From IMG/VR virus record IMGVR_UViG_3300020050_015720: a DNA stretch of 64,000 nt. The stretch is one strand, 5' to 3'. A model generated the notes under the pieces. The model was not told the DNA's origin and did no database searches. It saw only the letters and a program-made list of their open reading frames with translations. The position numbers and the translations under genes are program-made. Below are positions 46,645 through 56,544 of this stretch, piece by piece. Origin of the DNA: a virus. Taxonomy: Duplodnaviria; Heunggongvirae; Uroviricota; Caudoviricetes. How positions within the stretch are numbered: position 1 is the stretch's first letter; the number at the start of each line of letters is the position of its first letter.

Positions 46645-48522
46645 TCAGTGTGTACTATCTTCCGCAACAGCGGGAACAGCTATGGTTAAGAATTTGTTAA
46701 CAGCCTCGCTGCAAGAGCGCTCTAGCGCTAAACTTACAGCCTTTTTCTTCCACTCTGCACATTCCACTACATATTCATCGTGCGCAAATATCACAATATC
46801 GAATCCAATCTTTTTTGAGCGTTGCCTTAAATATATTCCGGCTTGCTTTGCTACGTCAGCAGCAGTAGCTTGGATCGGTATGTTCTGTGCCCAACGTTGA
46901 ATTTTTGCCTCTAACATTCTACAATCTCGTACCACATGTGGATGTGGTTCCCAACCTCTCCGTGTAAAGGTCTCTATATGGGCCTTCATGGTTTTATACT
47001 TATCAAAGAAAGGAATATAACTTCTTCTCTTAGTTAATTCGTTTGCCACTATGTACCCATTCTCTTTTGCGAGTTGCCCTTGTCTATCGAAATAGGGTCT
47101 TAGCTTTGGAAATCCCTTATAAACCTTCTCTATCAGCTCTTTTCCTCGTTTCAAAGGAATCCTATACTTTTCGTAAAGTGTTCCAGCACCACCCCCATAG
47201 GCAATACTGAAGTTAATATTCTTAGCTAACCTTCGTTCTTCTGAATCCTTCTGTAAGGTTGGATCTTCAAAGGCCAATCTGGCGGTCGCTAAGTGGTAGT
47301 CTCCATCATTATCAAAGGCAGCTCTAAAGTTTACATCTCCACATTTATCAGCTAGAATTCTTGCTTCAATGTTTGAGAAGTCGGCCCCAACAAATACATT
47401 TCCCTCTTCAGCTTGGAAAGCGGAGCGGTAAATTGCGCCGCGCTTTATATTCTGGATATTCGGATTTGTAGAGGATGTCCTACCCGTACGCATTATCTGC
47501 ATAAAAGAAGAATGAACCCTATTGGATATGGGATTTACATGCTTTAAAAACATTTCCCCATATACAGACGACTCTTTCGCGGACTCCTTATAAGATAGGT
47601 AACTACCAATTATGGGATCTTTCTTTATCTGCTTTTCTAATACTTGTCTAGCAACAGATTCCTTTATCGCGCCCGTCTTTTTGTCTATGATGGATGTGTC
47701 CACCCCGAAAGACTGCATTATTGGTAGAACTTGTCTCCAACTATTTCAGTTTACGGGGGCATAAGCAGAAAGCATTTCTCTAAGCTTTTCAGTAGCAAGC
47801 AATGTTTGACGATAATTGTCTAACCATTGCTTCTGATTTAGAAACACACCAACTAATTCCATATCTCCCAGAACCTTCAAATATTCATTTTCTAACTCGA
47901 TTGTCGCTTCGAGATTATCCTTGGTTATTTGTACTTGTTGAGCCAGATATGTTCTGTATGTGGCCTCAACGTCGAGAGCCGCATATAATAATTGAGCTAA
48001 GCTAAACGGGGTGTCACCTTGTTTTGTAAATGATTTTTGTAGCTCTTTTGTTATCGTAGGGAGAAATAAATTCCCTTGGCTACTATAAAAATCTATGCCA
48101 ACGCGCCTATGAGAAACTTGGGCTAGTCCATACCAGCCTTTTCGTATGCCCTCAAAACTTCCGCAGTCCAAGACTTGCTCTGCTAGCATAGTATCAAATA
48201 CATCACTCAGTTCCACCCCATAGTTCTGCTTTATGACCTGGTAATCATACTTCAGGTTGTGCCCAATAATGGGTCTTTTTATTATTTCTTTTAGGAGCTT
48301 GGTGGGATCTTTTACACGTGTGTCAATAAGATACTGCACATGCGCATTTCCGAACTGTAGTAATACTACCTTTTGAGCTAAGATGTTATCTAATCCTCCG
48401 GTAGTCTCGGTGTCTAGAGCAATAGGGCCAGTTCATTCCCGTATTGCCTTAGTAATATCTAGCCCTGAGCAAGGAGAGATTTTACTATCTCTCACGACTC
48501 ACATAGACGGCCGTATATCCAT
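46645..48522 (-). CDS. polA: family A DNA polymerase with 3'-5' exonuclease domain (about 625 aa), three in-frame TGA (47746-47748, 48433-48435, 48499-48501)
   Basis: Exo I motif (ALDTETTGG) appears only after read-through of the TGA at 48433. Exo III motif is YAALD. Polymerase motifs are A (GADFSNIEARILA), B (RRLAKNINFSIAYG) and C (VIFAHDEYVV). The exo and pol ORFs (47746..48339 and 46645..47718) are in the same frame and separated by a single TGA. The protein ends in His at TGA 46645. Confidence 0.8.
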
Positions 48523-49706
48523 TTTTCGTTCTTTTTATGCCTGTTTGAACTAGTTCTCCAGCACTTGGTTCCCCAGAAGGTGCTTTTTTTTCTTGTACCG
48601 TGGTTACGGGTTCTTGTGTCAATGTTTTTAGAGACCGGACAATCTTTGGAAAGTTATCAACGGTTCTCGTTACGATGGCCCCAATAAGAGCCGAAAAGAT
48701 TACAGTTATCATAAGTTGGAATTAGGGAGAAGTATTACCCTCTCCCAATCCCGTTAAATATTCATGTGGATGTGGTCACCCGTTGCGTTCTTATTAAAGA
48801 AGCAATATTGTGCTGCTTGAGGATGATCTAGGTACTTTCGGACCTTTTTACTTCCTGGAGCCCCTTCAATATAAAGGGTAATATCGTGTTCGGTTAACCA
48901 TCTTGTACCTTCTTCTGATATCAAAAAAGCAATTAACTCTTCATCTCAAGCTAAATCAATAGCCTTGCCGTGATAGTGGCGAGACGATGAGTCATTGTAT
49001 CTTTTTACACTTGTTACCTTAGCTTTTGGCCCAGAATATGTTGAAAGTACGTAAGCAAAATCTTTACTTATGGTTGTATCAACAGGGGTGTAAAGTAGAA
49101 ATCCAAAGAAGTTGCCTTGCGTACAAAGGCCTGTTTTCCGATTCTTTCACTTACGCGATTGATACGGATGGGTTTCTCTCAATCGAATTATTTCTTCCTG
49201 TAAGGAATCGACTTTTTGAGAAAGAGAATCAGCCCGCACAGTTTGTATGGTTTGCTCTGTTTTTAAAATCTCGATTTGTGTGTTATTTTTCACAAACAAA
49301 AATCCACAGAGACTCATAAAACCAATTATAGCAAGGCTTTTAAGTATTGTTTCCAAAATAAATATATTAATGTGAAAAGACCGGTCACTTAGAGGTTCCG
49401 GGTAGTAGCCTATTTAGTAGCAAAGCCGCAAAGCTTTGTCTAAACACCTCAATTCGGCTCTTTGAAGAGTTAAGTTGTTGTGTTCCATAGGATCAAACAA
49501 CTCGTAATAAACCTCTTCAGATGGAGACAAGTCCCCAATAATCTTACCATTAGAGATAATGGCTTTTTTAAAAAAGAGGGCCTTTCCTAGCCTATTACTA
49601 GACCATTTAAGTCCTTCTATTGTATACGAAACATTCAGAGGCTGTTTGTCTTTGACTCTTCTAAGTACTCAGAAGCGGTCTCTAACATATGCCGCTAGCG
49701 ATTTGT

Positions 49707-50261
49707 TCATACTAAAACAAGGGCCGGTTCTACTTCCTCTCCGCCATCCGGCCTTGGCAAGAGAGCCTCTGCAAATTCACAAAGGTCTTCATTTATACTA
49801 AAATTCAATAAACCACCACAATAGGGGCCCACGAAGTTGTTAGTATTTGTATCTACATTTGGGAGTTTAGTGGCTCCCCAGGATAATCCGTCAGCTCCAA
49901 AGATTAGGTTTCCCTTACAGACCTCAGCAAAGATAAGAAAACTTGAAGTCCCTATGCCGAGAATGGGCATTTTCTTCTTTACATAGTAATGCAAAAAATT
50001 TAACCTAAAGTACTCAAGGCCTGGATCTTGTGGCGGGAATATAGGAGGAAACTTTGTTTTCACATACTCCATGTTCACATTCAACCCAGCAGTATCTGGA
50101 ATAAGTATCACCGCATTCGGGTTATATATCTTCGTGTAGGGCTGCAGTTTTTCTACATACCATTCTTCCCTTTGAAATAGGGTCTTTATTTGGTGAACCT
50201 GCGTTAAATATTGGCTTCCGCTAGGTTCAAAGAGTAATAACGTTTTAGAAGTCGATAGCAT
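49707..50261 (-). CDS. hypothetical protein (184 aa)
   Basis: ATG at 50259. Ends at TGA, and read-through adds 3 codons before TAG. Confidence 0.5.
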   Translation of the reverse strand: MLSTSKTLLLFEPSGSQYLTQVHQIKTLFQREEWYVEKLQPYTKIYNPNAVILIPDTAGLNVNMEYVKTKFPPIFPPQDPGLEYFRLNFLHYYVKKKMPILGIGTSSFLIFAEVCKGNLIFGADGLSWGATKLPNVDTNTNNFVGPYCGGLLNFSINEDLCEFAEALLPRPDGGEEVEPALVLV

Positions 50262-50822
50262 TTACGCAACGCTTTTTTATAGGCTTCAGATCGATTTGCG
50301 TCATATACGACACATAACCCCAAAGTTGCCTGGTGTAATTCTACCCGATGAATGATCTTGCGATTACAGACGATAGTCTCGGATATGCGGATTCGCAAGG
50401 TACTCGAGAGCTTGTCGACGAATTCGCCGTATGTCCTCCAACCTTGGTTTTGGTACGGGAATGGAATATCTTTCCACTCGGTAATGGATGGGAGACCCAA
50501 TTTCACGATGGCCTTTTCGCTTATTTCCATTCTTGACTTGTTTTCTGAGGAGTTTTAGTTTGTACAGATCTTTGGTGTATAGATCAGTGGCACAAATTAA
50601 GGCCAATTTTTCTTTTGTAGAGAGTTGAATAGAAAAATTCTTTCTCGTCTTGTTGTTGTAAACACTATCAAGCAATTGGTTGTAGGCTTGTTTCTCAAGA
50701 CGTGTCATCTCTCTCTTACTTCTCCTTTGCTTCTCTTCAGGGGTCCCCGAGTAATAGTCCTCTATTCCTTCTGGGTCTGGGTAACGCCAGCGGACATACT
50801 GAGCCATAGCTATTCGCTTCAT
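50204..50822 (-). CDS. hypothetical gene region where two overlapping frames (50364..50822 and 50204..50530) suggest a frameshift
   Basis: Two protein-like ORFs overlap by 167 nt in different frames. The junction is unresolved. Confidence 0.3.
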
Positions 50823-51172
50823 TTTTTCTTAACGGCTGGTTTAGGTTTAACTACTGGTTTCACTGGAGCTTTCTTAGCTACTGTGGGTATTGTGGGGTTA
50901 CACTGTTGTGTGACTGTGTAACTATGCAACGAATCCCCTTTTATCAGTACTTCAAGCACTATTCGCAAATTCTCACAATGCGGTTTTGCGTTTAGCTCTG
51001 GGAGGCGCAAACTTAGTACACTATGGTCCCAAGTAACCGTTTGTGAGGGTTCAATCTCGATTGTTGGGATGGTGTCTGTTGGACGAATTGGAAGCTCATA
51101 AGCTTCGTCGCCAGGATCTCCGCATGAGAGTGCAAAGATACTAAATAATAACGCGATTGTCAAGTATTTCAT
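50819..51172 (-). CDS. putative lipoprotein (117 aa)
   Basis: Signal peptide with a lipobox-like LSC (MKYLTIALLFSIFALSCGD) and a Pro/Lys-rich C-terminal tail. Confidence 0.5.
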   Translation of the reverse strand: MKYLTIALLFSIFALSCGDPGDEAYELPIRPTDTIPTIEIEPSQTVTWDHSVLSLRLPELNAKPHCENLRIVLEVLIKGDSLHSYTVTQQCNPTIPTVAKKAPVKPVVKPKPAVKKK

Positions 51173-51668
51173 TAAAAAATTTTAGTTTAGAAATATCTTT
51201 TTGTGGGATTGGTAATCTAGCTCTCCAATGAGGAGCGAGTGATTTTTTACGACTTTTGGTTATAGGGGAATAATCTTTTGCTAAAATTTGTCTCTTTTCT
51301 GTGCTAGAGAACAAAGCAAAAGCTTCAGTTCTTTGATATAGATGTGGATGTAACCAATCAAAATAATCTTCAAGACTCCAAGTGCATGCACTGTGAGAAG
51401 GCAGGCTTGGGTCAAATATATCTATGGGTAAGGACAATGCAGCCGCGTTTGTTTTAATTAATTCGTTTACTACATTAAATATTGTCTCAATATTATGTAT
51501 GCCAAGCAGTACATACTGCTTTTCTGTTGTCTCGGTTATCAGTTTTATTGCCGGCTCAGGATTTCCTGACGTTAGTTCGTATCCCCAGTCAATAATAGCT
51601 TCTTTAGCGTGCAGGGTTTTTATACGTTGGTTTCCATCATTTGATAGATGGTGGATCGTTAATTTCAT
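51141..51668 (-). CDS. hypothetical protein (175 aa)
   Basis: Intact ORF. Confidence 0.5.
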   Translation of the reverse strand: MKLTIHHLSNDGNQRIKTLHAKEAIIDWGYELTSGNPEPAIKLITETTEKQYVLLGIHNIETIFNVVNELIKTNAAALSLPIDIFDPSLPSHSACTWSLEDYFDWLHPHLYQRTEAFALFSSTEKRQILAKDYSPITKSRKKSLAPHWRARLPIPQKDISKLKFFNEILDNRVII

Positions 51669-52480
51669 GGCTTCTCTATTAAATAAGTTGGAAAGTACGC
51701 TAAAGTAAGGTCCTCAAACACTACTATAACGTATGCTTCTTTCTGAATCTGCCTAGCGTCGTTGTTTGGTAAAATTAGAGATGATACGTATCTTCCAATA
51801 TTTTCAGTATCAAATGTATCGTAAAGAATAAATCCACGAATACGCCCTTTCCCGCAGAGAGTAGAGCCTTTTAAGGATTCTAAATGAGCTAAAAATTCTC
51901 TATAGTTATCACCCCATTTTTGACTTGTAAAAGTTCTAGTTTCTTCTTTACCATTAATAGGCGTAAGAGTGTATTCACCATTAGCGTAAAAATTTTCAGC
52001 TATGCGTAATCTGCACTTCTCTCCTGAAAGCCTATGAGTACAAAGTTGTGTGGCCTGAAGTCCAACTATACAGCCAGGATGACTAAATGGAAGATGTTCC
52101 GGCCGCATATAACTACGTTCACCCAAAGCTCCTAGGCCTAGGGGATAATAAGAAAAATCTAGAATAAGGTGGCTATGATTTAGGTATTCATTAGTTTTTA
52201 ACCAAATTTTTCCTCCTTTTGTTTCGTATTGTGTAAAAACTCCCGTATTTATATAAGCAACCGCTTGGGTTACAAACGACTGCTCTGTATTTGTGTCTGG
52301 GAATCTTCTAGTCCTTTTTGTGCCCATCGGAGCACCAACATCTATTGGGTCTCCAGCTTTTAATGTCATAGCAGAAAAAATTAGGAGAAGAGGGTTGAGC
52401 TCTTCTCCTAGGTGATAACCAAAAAGTTGTATAAAATATGGTCTTTTACAGCGACAAAGCTTTCTCCAGCTTTTCGGCAA
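51665..52480 (-). CDS. hypothetical protein (271 aa)
   Basis: Intact ORF. No confident motif. Any resemblance to thymidylate synthase was weak and is not asserted. Confidence 0.5.
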   Translation of the reverse strand: MPKSWRKLCRCKRPYFIQLFGYHLGEELNPLLLIFSAMTLKAGDPIDVGAPMGTKRTRRFPDTNTEQSFVTQAVAYINTGVFTQYETKGGKIWLKTNEYLNHSHLILDFSYYPLGLGALGERSYMRPEHLPFSHPGCIVGLQATQLCTHRLSGEKCRLRIAENFYANGEYTLTPINGKEETRTFTSQKWGDNYREFLAHLESLKGSTLCGKGRIRGFILYDTFDTENIGRYVSSLILPNNDARQIQKEAYVIVVFEDLTLAYFPTYLIEKP

Positions 52481-53843
52481 ATTGGAGTTTCTTACCTAGA
52501 CCAAAAACTCCTCCCAAAGTCATGGATTCTCCCTCTTTCAAAGGATCCCATTTCAAATCAGGATACTTAGCAACCAGTGCGTTGTATAATTTCGCAGTTT
52601 GTTCGACCGACAGAAGACCAATTTCAACGGTTAGGTCCATACGACCTTGGCGTACAAGTGTTTCGTCAACCACGTGACCAGAGTCAATTGTGCCCGCAAG
52701 GACGAAAGACAACTGAGGTTGGTCCACAATGCCTTCAATTGCGCTGTTTAAGTCCGCAATGAGTTTTGCCGGAATGCCGGATACCTCATCAATGAACACA
52801 ACAACCCCTCCTTTGTCGGAGTTTCGAACCAAGTCAGCAAAGGGTGCTGACGAAGTCTCCAACAACTTCTCTAGGGCACCTACGGTAACGGTTGCTACCT
52901 TTTGACCACATTCATTGGCCTTGTGCGCTAACAGTCGAAGGAGACGGCTCTTACCAGTACCAGCTTTACCTAAAAAGGCAATACGCACAGGAACATTTTC
53001 TTTCCACTGTTGTCCAATGGTTTCTAGTAGCCTGCGCACCGGAACCAACTTTGGCGTTGTCTCTTTGGTTTGTAGGACAGGATAACATAAATCCAGTATT
53101 GGTGCCTCCACGGGAACAACTGGCATCGTGCCATAGGTCCACGTTTTGCTTTTGTCATTGTACGACCACACAGCCATCATGCTTTTGTCAAATACCTTTG
53201 GCAGGTACTTTACACGCAGTTCGGCAGAATTGGCCACACGCTGACAAAGAGCCATTGTGTCAAGCGGGCAATCTCCCTGGCAGTCCTTCGGTGTGTAAAT
53301 CTTGAGACCCTTAATTACTGATACAAAATCTTTGTCCCTGGCATAAGGGACAAATTTTTCTGAATCTTCGATAGCTGAAAGCGGAGCCCAATCAGTAATA
53401 AATTCTAAGATTACCGTGTCCGAGAGATTTTCGGTTCCCGACGCAGTTTCGATTTTGAATAATTGCGAACGTCCACTGTCATCGGCAAATGGATCTTCCG
53501 GTGATTCGTGCAGTATCTCTTCGGTTATCTGCCCGTTGGTAGTTTTCAAGAATTCAAGGAGAAATAATTCCAGTGGGACGTTTCTGGCGTTCGATAGGAT
53601 GAGTGTGTTCCAAATTTCCATTTTCAGTAACGAGCTGACTGCCGCTTCTTTTCTGGAAAACCTTGCGCCAAGTTTTTTGATGAGTTCCTCCAACAATGAA
53701 TTTGTTTCCTGGTGTAAGGCCGTTGTGACTTCTTGATGAATGGTCGTCGATTCATTTACCTTTAAGGTAATTTTGTAATAGAGGACCATCAAAATAATAA
53801 TAACGGCAACCGTTATCATAATCAGCCATAGCATAAGTTGCAT
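52446..53843 (-). CDS. membrane-anchored classical AAA+ ATPase (465 aa)
   Basis: N-terminal TM helix (LWLIMITVAVIIILMVLYY), Walker A (GKAGTGKS), Walker B (VVVFIDEV) and an arginine-finger region VRQGRMD, comparable to the AAA RPGRFD motif. Confidence 0.7.
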   Translation of the reverse strand: MQLMLWLIMITVAVIIILMVLYYKITLKVNESTTIHQEVTTALHQETNSLLEELIKKLGARFSRKEAAVSSLLKMEIWNTLILSNARNVPLELFLLEFLKTTNGQITEEILHESPEDPFADDSGRSQLFKIETASGTENLSDTVILEFITDWAPLSAIEDSEKFVPYARDKDFVSVIKGLKIYTPKDCQGDCPLDTMALCQRVANSAELRVKYLPKVFDKSMMAVWSYNDKSKTWTYGTMPVVPVEAPILDLCYPVLQTKETTPKLVPVRRLLETIGQQWKENVPVRIAFLGKAGTGKSRLLRLLAHKANECGQKVATVTVGALEKLLETSSAPFADLVRNSDKGGVVVFIDEVSGIPAKLIADLNSAIEGIVDQPQLSFVLAGTIDSGHVVDETLVRQGRMDLTVEIGLLSVEQTAKLYNALVAKYPDLKWDPLKEGESMTLGGVFGLGKKLQFAEKLEKALSL

Positions 53844-53869
53844 ATAGATTTTAGTTTAATTGTTAACAA

Positions 53870-54065
53870 AAATTCCCTCCCCGTCCTAAGGCGGTACCAG
53901 TCCTTACTACTTATCCCGAGAATACCAGGTCCCAGCCGCTGATGGAGCAGCCAGAAAGATATGTGGGGACCTTTGCGAGGATCCGCGCGGTCAGGCCAAA
54001 TTCGGGGGAAGGGAACACTCCCAGTGAAGCAAAACCCTAGAGACGGGAGACATCCCACGGGGCAG
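53870..54065 (-). ncRNA. GC-rich (about 58-60%) structured island, candidate small RNA or regulatory element upstream of the AAA+ gene
   Basis: Sharp local GC excess against the AT-rich background, with several short G/C runs that could pair. The only ORF across it (53822..54058, 78 aa) looks like a translation artefact. No known RNA family was recognised. Confidence 0.3.
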
Positions 54066-54068
54066 ATC

Positions 54069-54569
54069 TTAATTTAGGTCGCGAGCAATAATAGCTCGTA
54101 ATTTCGTCGTGTAAAGAGGATCTTCAGCATATCTACAACCCTTGCAGTGTGGCAAGTGATCTAGTAACCATAAGTAATCATCCTCTGTCTCGATTTTGTA
54201 TTTTTTACGAGCCAAACGGAGAATCATTTTTTGGTACTTCAAGTATTCTGCCAAAGACAGTGCTGCATTTTTGTAAGCCGAATGCCCTGCGCGCACCTCT
54301 GTAGAATAGGTCCTATCTTTTCTCTTCTTCATACCAAAAACATTTTTATTATGTTGGTAAATATCAGAAGTAAAAGAACCTGTTTCTAGGATCATCTGAC
54401 TTATCACTACTCTTGGGAATTCAAATCCTTGGGACTCCATTTTTCTAAAGAGATTCTCCCAACTTGTTTCGCCATAAGCACTGAATTGTGCAGGCTCTTC
54501 ACTAGTTCTTCCAAAAAGTAAAATGGCGGCGAGAAAAACTAGCCCCACTCGAAATACGAACTTGAGCAT
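54069..54569 (-). CDS. secreted glucosaminidase-domain protein (peptidoglycan hydrolase family, 166 aa)
   Basis: Signal peptide followed by SQMILETGSFTSDIYQHNKNVFGMK, which resembles the mannosyl-glycoprotein endo-beta-N-acetylglucosaminidase / FlgJ-type motif. Confidence 0.55.
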   Translation of the reverse strand: MLKFVFRVGLVFLAAILLFGRTSEEPAQFSAYGETSWENLFRKMESQGFEFPRVVISQMILETGSFTSDIYQHNKNVFGMKKRKDRTYSTEVRAGHSAYKNAALSLAEYLKYQKMILRLARKKYKIETEDDYLWLLDHLPHCKGCRYAEDPLYTTKLRAIIARDLN

Positions 54570-54854
54570 TTACTTTCCGATTTAAATTTTTTAAACGTGA
54601 GAGCCCAGTTGCTATTTGCACTAAGGAAAATATTTCTAGCTCTATAATTATAGAACCAAAATATTCCCCCTTGCTAGAGGACTCTAGGTTAAACCGTCTA
54701 AGTCTCTCACCTGTATGCAGCATGGCCTGTATTGTTTCCTTTAACTCGTCTTGATTTGTGATTGCCCTTGACTGGTTATCACTAACAGGAATTTTAAGAA
54801 TCAGCACACTTCTGTTTGCCCCCGTTTGCAGCTGTAACTTACCATGCAGTAATA

Positions 54855-55478
54855 TCATAGCACCGGTGTATTGGTGAAGGCAATAATTTTTTGCTGCAAG
54901 ATTTCAGCATCATACACCGCAAGAGCAGCTTTGGGCAGTACTGTCTTGTGATCGATCCGTACATCCTTGCCGGTTCTGGAAGCGAGTTTGATCTCATTTA
55001 CCAAGATGCCGGCAGTGCAAATAGCCGTAGCACTCTGCGTATAGTAAACCTCCCCATTCCGCAAGATTTGCATTTTCAAATCTTGCATGTAGACAATCTG
55101 TAGTACGCTGCGCTCAATGGATTCTCCCCCTATAACGATGGAGACACGTTGCTCGATAACTTGTACGCTTTTTTCAAATGAAATATTGCGTACCCAAATC
55201 TCACCATTATGGAAATACAGTTCGCCGGTAGCGCACCATTCCCCATTCTTTGCGCTGGAGGCCTCGACAAAAACAGCCAATTCAGCTGAATCAGCTTTTA
55301 CGGCTATTACTTTTTCCTCCAATTTGGCTCCAGCACCACGATGAGTACACCGCATAGTTAGATATGGATTATTATCACCAATGCCAACTCGTAGCGCGCT
55401 GGGTATGTAGTAGGATTTGTCATCAGAAAATTGAATCTGATTTTGGCCCCACTCTGTGGTTAACATTTTTAAACTCAT
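54855..55478 (-). CDS. hypothetical protein (207 aa)
   Basis: Intact ORF. Confidence 0.5.
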   Translation of the reverse strand: MSLKMLTTEWGQNQIQFSDDKSYYIPSALRVGIGDNNPYLTMRCTHRGAGAKLEEKVIAVKADSAELAVFVEASSAKNGEWCATGELYFHNGEIWVRNISFEKSVQVIEQRVSIVIGGESIERSVLQIVYMQDLKMQILRNGEVYYTQSATAICTAGILVNEIKLASRTGKDVRIDHKTVLPKAALAVYDAEILQQKIIAFTNTPVL

Positions 55479-55542
55479 TTTTAATTGGTTGAAGGGGGCA
55501 GAGGGTTACTCCGCCCCCATGAACAATAATGTTTCGTTTCTT

Positions 55543-56265
55543 CTACACCTCAACGGCAATTTCTGCCTCTTCGATGGCTGCTGGGATTTCAGCTTCGACA
55601 GAATTTGCCTTCAAAATGGTGTCAGCAATGGCAAGGGTAGCGTTTACCAAAGCTTCAGCTTGAGCATCAGCTGCCTCCCGAGCTTGATCCAACGCAGTTC
55701 GAAGGTTTTTGGAATGTTCCAGGGCAGTTTTGGCACTTACCAGTGCATCATTCATTTGCGCTGGTAACACATTCACTGGTGTTTTCGCAGCAACAATGGC
55801 GTTATCCGCCGGTACAGGCGTTTGTTCAGGTACGGCCTCTTCTTCGGTAACTTCTGGGGCATCTTGAGATTCTTCAGTTACCAGGGTTTGGAGTTCTTCT
55901 TCCGTTGCAGGTACTGGTGCCTCATAAGTGAGGCCGGCTTCACGAAGAGTGGAAATAGCAAGCTCCTGAGCTTCTGGACTTTTGTCTTCGTGATACATGG
56001 TCACGGCGTCCTGAATTTCTTTCAGGTTATCCACAGTAATCTCTGGGGTACCAGAAAATGGCATTTCTGTCAAATCACTTTGCAGCACCAGGGAGGCAAA
56101 CTTGTGGCGGATGGTAGGCCAGTTGGCCAGTGCGTAATAGGGCTTGTCTACTTCCGTTGGTATGCCTGCACGCTCATTGTTTAGCGCAGCGATAACAACT
56201 GGAAGATTGGCTTCAGGAGAGAGGCCTAGCTCTTCTCGGGTAAATTCATACTTTTTGGTACTCAT
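55543..56265 (-). CDS. acidic Ala/Glu-rich protein (240 aa)
   Basis: Intact ORF with a low-complexity acidic C-terminal half. Confidence 0.5.
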   Translation of the reverse strand: MSTKKYEFTREELGLSPEANLPVVIAALNNERAGIPTEVDKPYYALANWPTIRHKFASLVLQSDLTEMPFSGTPEITVDNLKEIQDAVTMYHEDKSPEAQELAISTLREAGLTYEAPVPATEEELQTLVTEESQDAPEVTEEEAVPEQTPVPADNAIVAAKTPVNVLPAQMNDALVSAKTALEHSKNLRTALDQAREAADAQAEALVNATLAIADTILKANSVEAEIPAAIEEAEIAVEV

Positions 56266-56544
56266 TTATATTGTTGTTTAATAGTGAAAAATCGATTTTT
56301 AATATTCCACCAGAAATATTATTATATCTGGCAGCTTTTTGGTTTTCGGCTGGGGTTAGGTACAGAGTTTCGGTTTTTGGTTTAAAATGCTCGCTTTCAA
56401 TTAATGAGGCTTCAACTAATATTGTTGGCACACCTTCGGTCGGTTGTGTGTGGGTTAATACCCATAAAACACCGTCAGGAGTACGAAATCCAGGACGATA
56501 CTTGGCACAAGAACTGAAGGTGTTCAGATATGTGAACAGTTCAA

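Noticed and set aside
46645-48339. DNA polymerase split into separate exo and pol ORFs, suggesting a pseudogene, an intein or two subunits
   Set aside because: Both pieces are in the same frame and separated by a single TGA with no intervening sequence. The same pattern recurs in more than ten other genes, so codon reassignment is the simpler explanation.
33302-48501. Selenocysteine insertion as the explanation for in-frame TGA
   Set aside because: There are far too many sites (about 20 or more) in unrelated proteins, and none is at a redox-active Cys-like position. No SECIS-like hairpin was seen consistently downstream.
53822-54058. 78-aa minus-strand ORF (MGCLPSLGFCFTGS...)
   Set aside because: It lies entirely within the GC-rich island, has a Gly/Pro/Arg/Cys-biased composition atypical of this genome, and has no plausible start context. 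It is treated as a translation artefact of a structured non-coding element.
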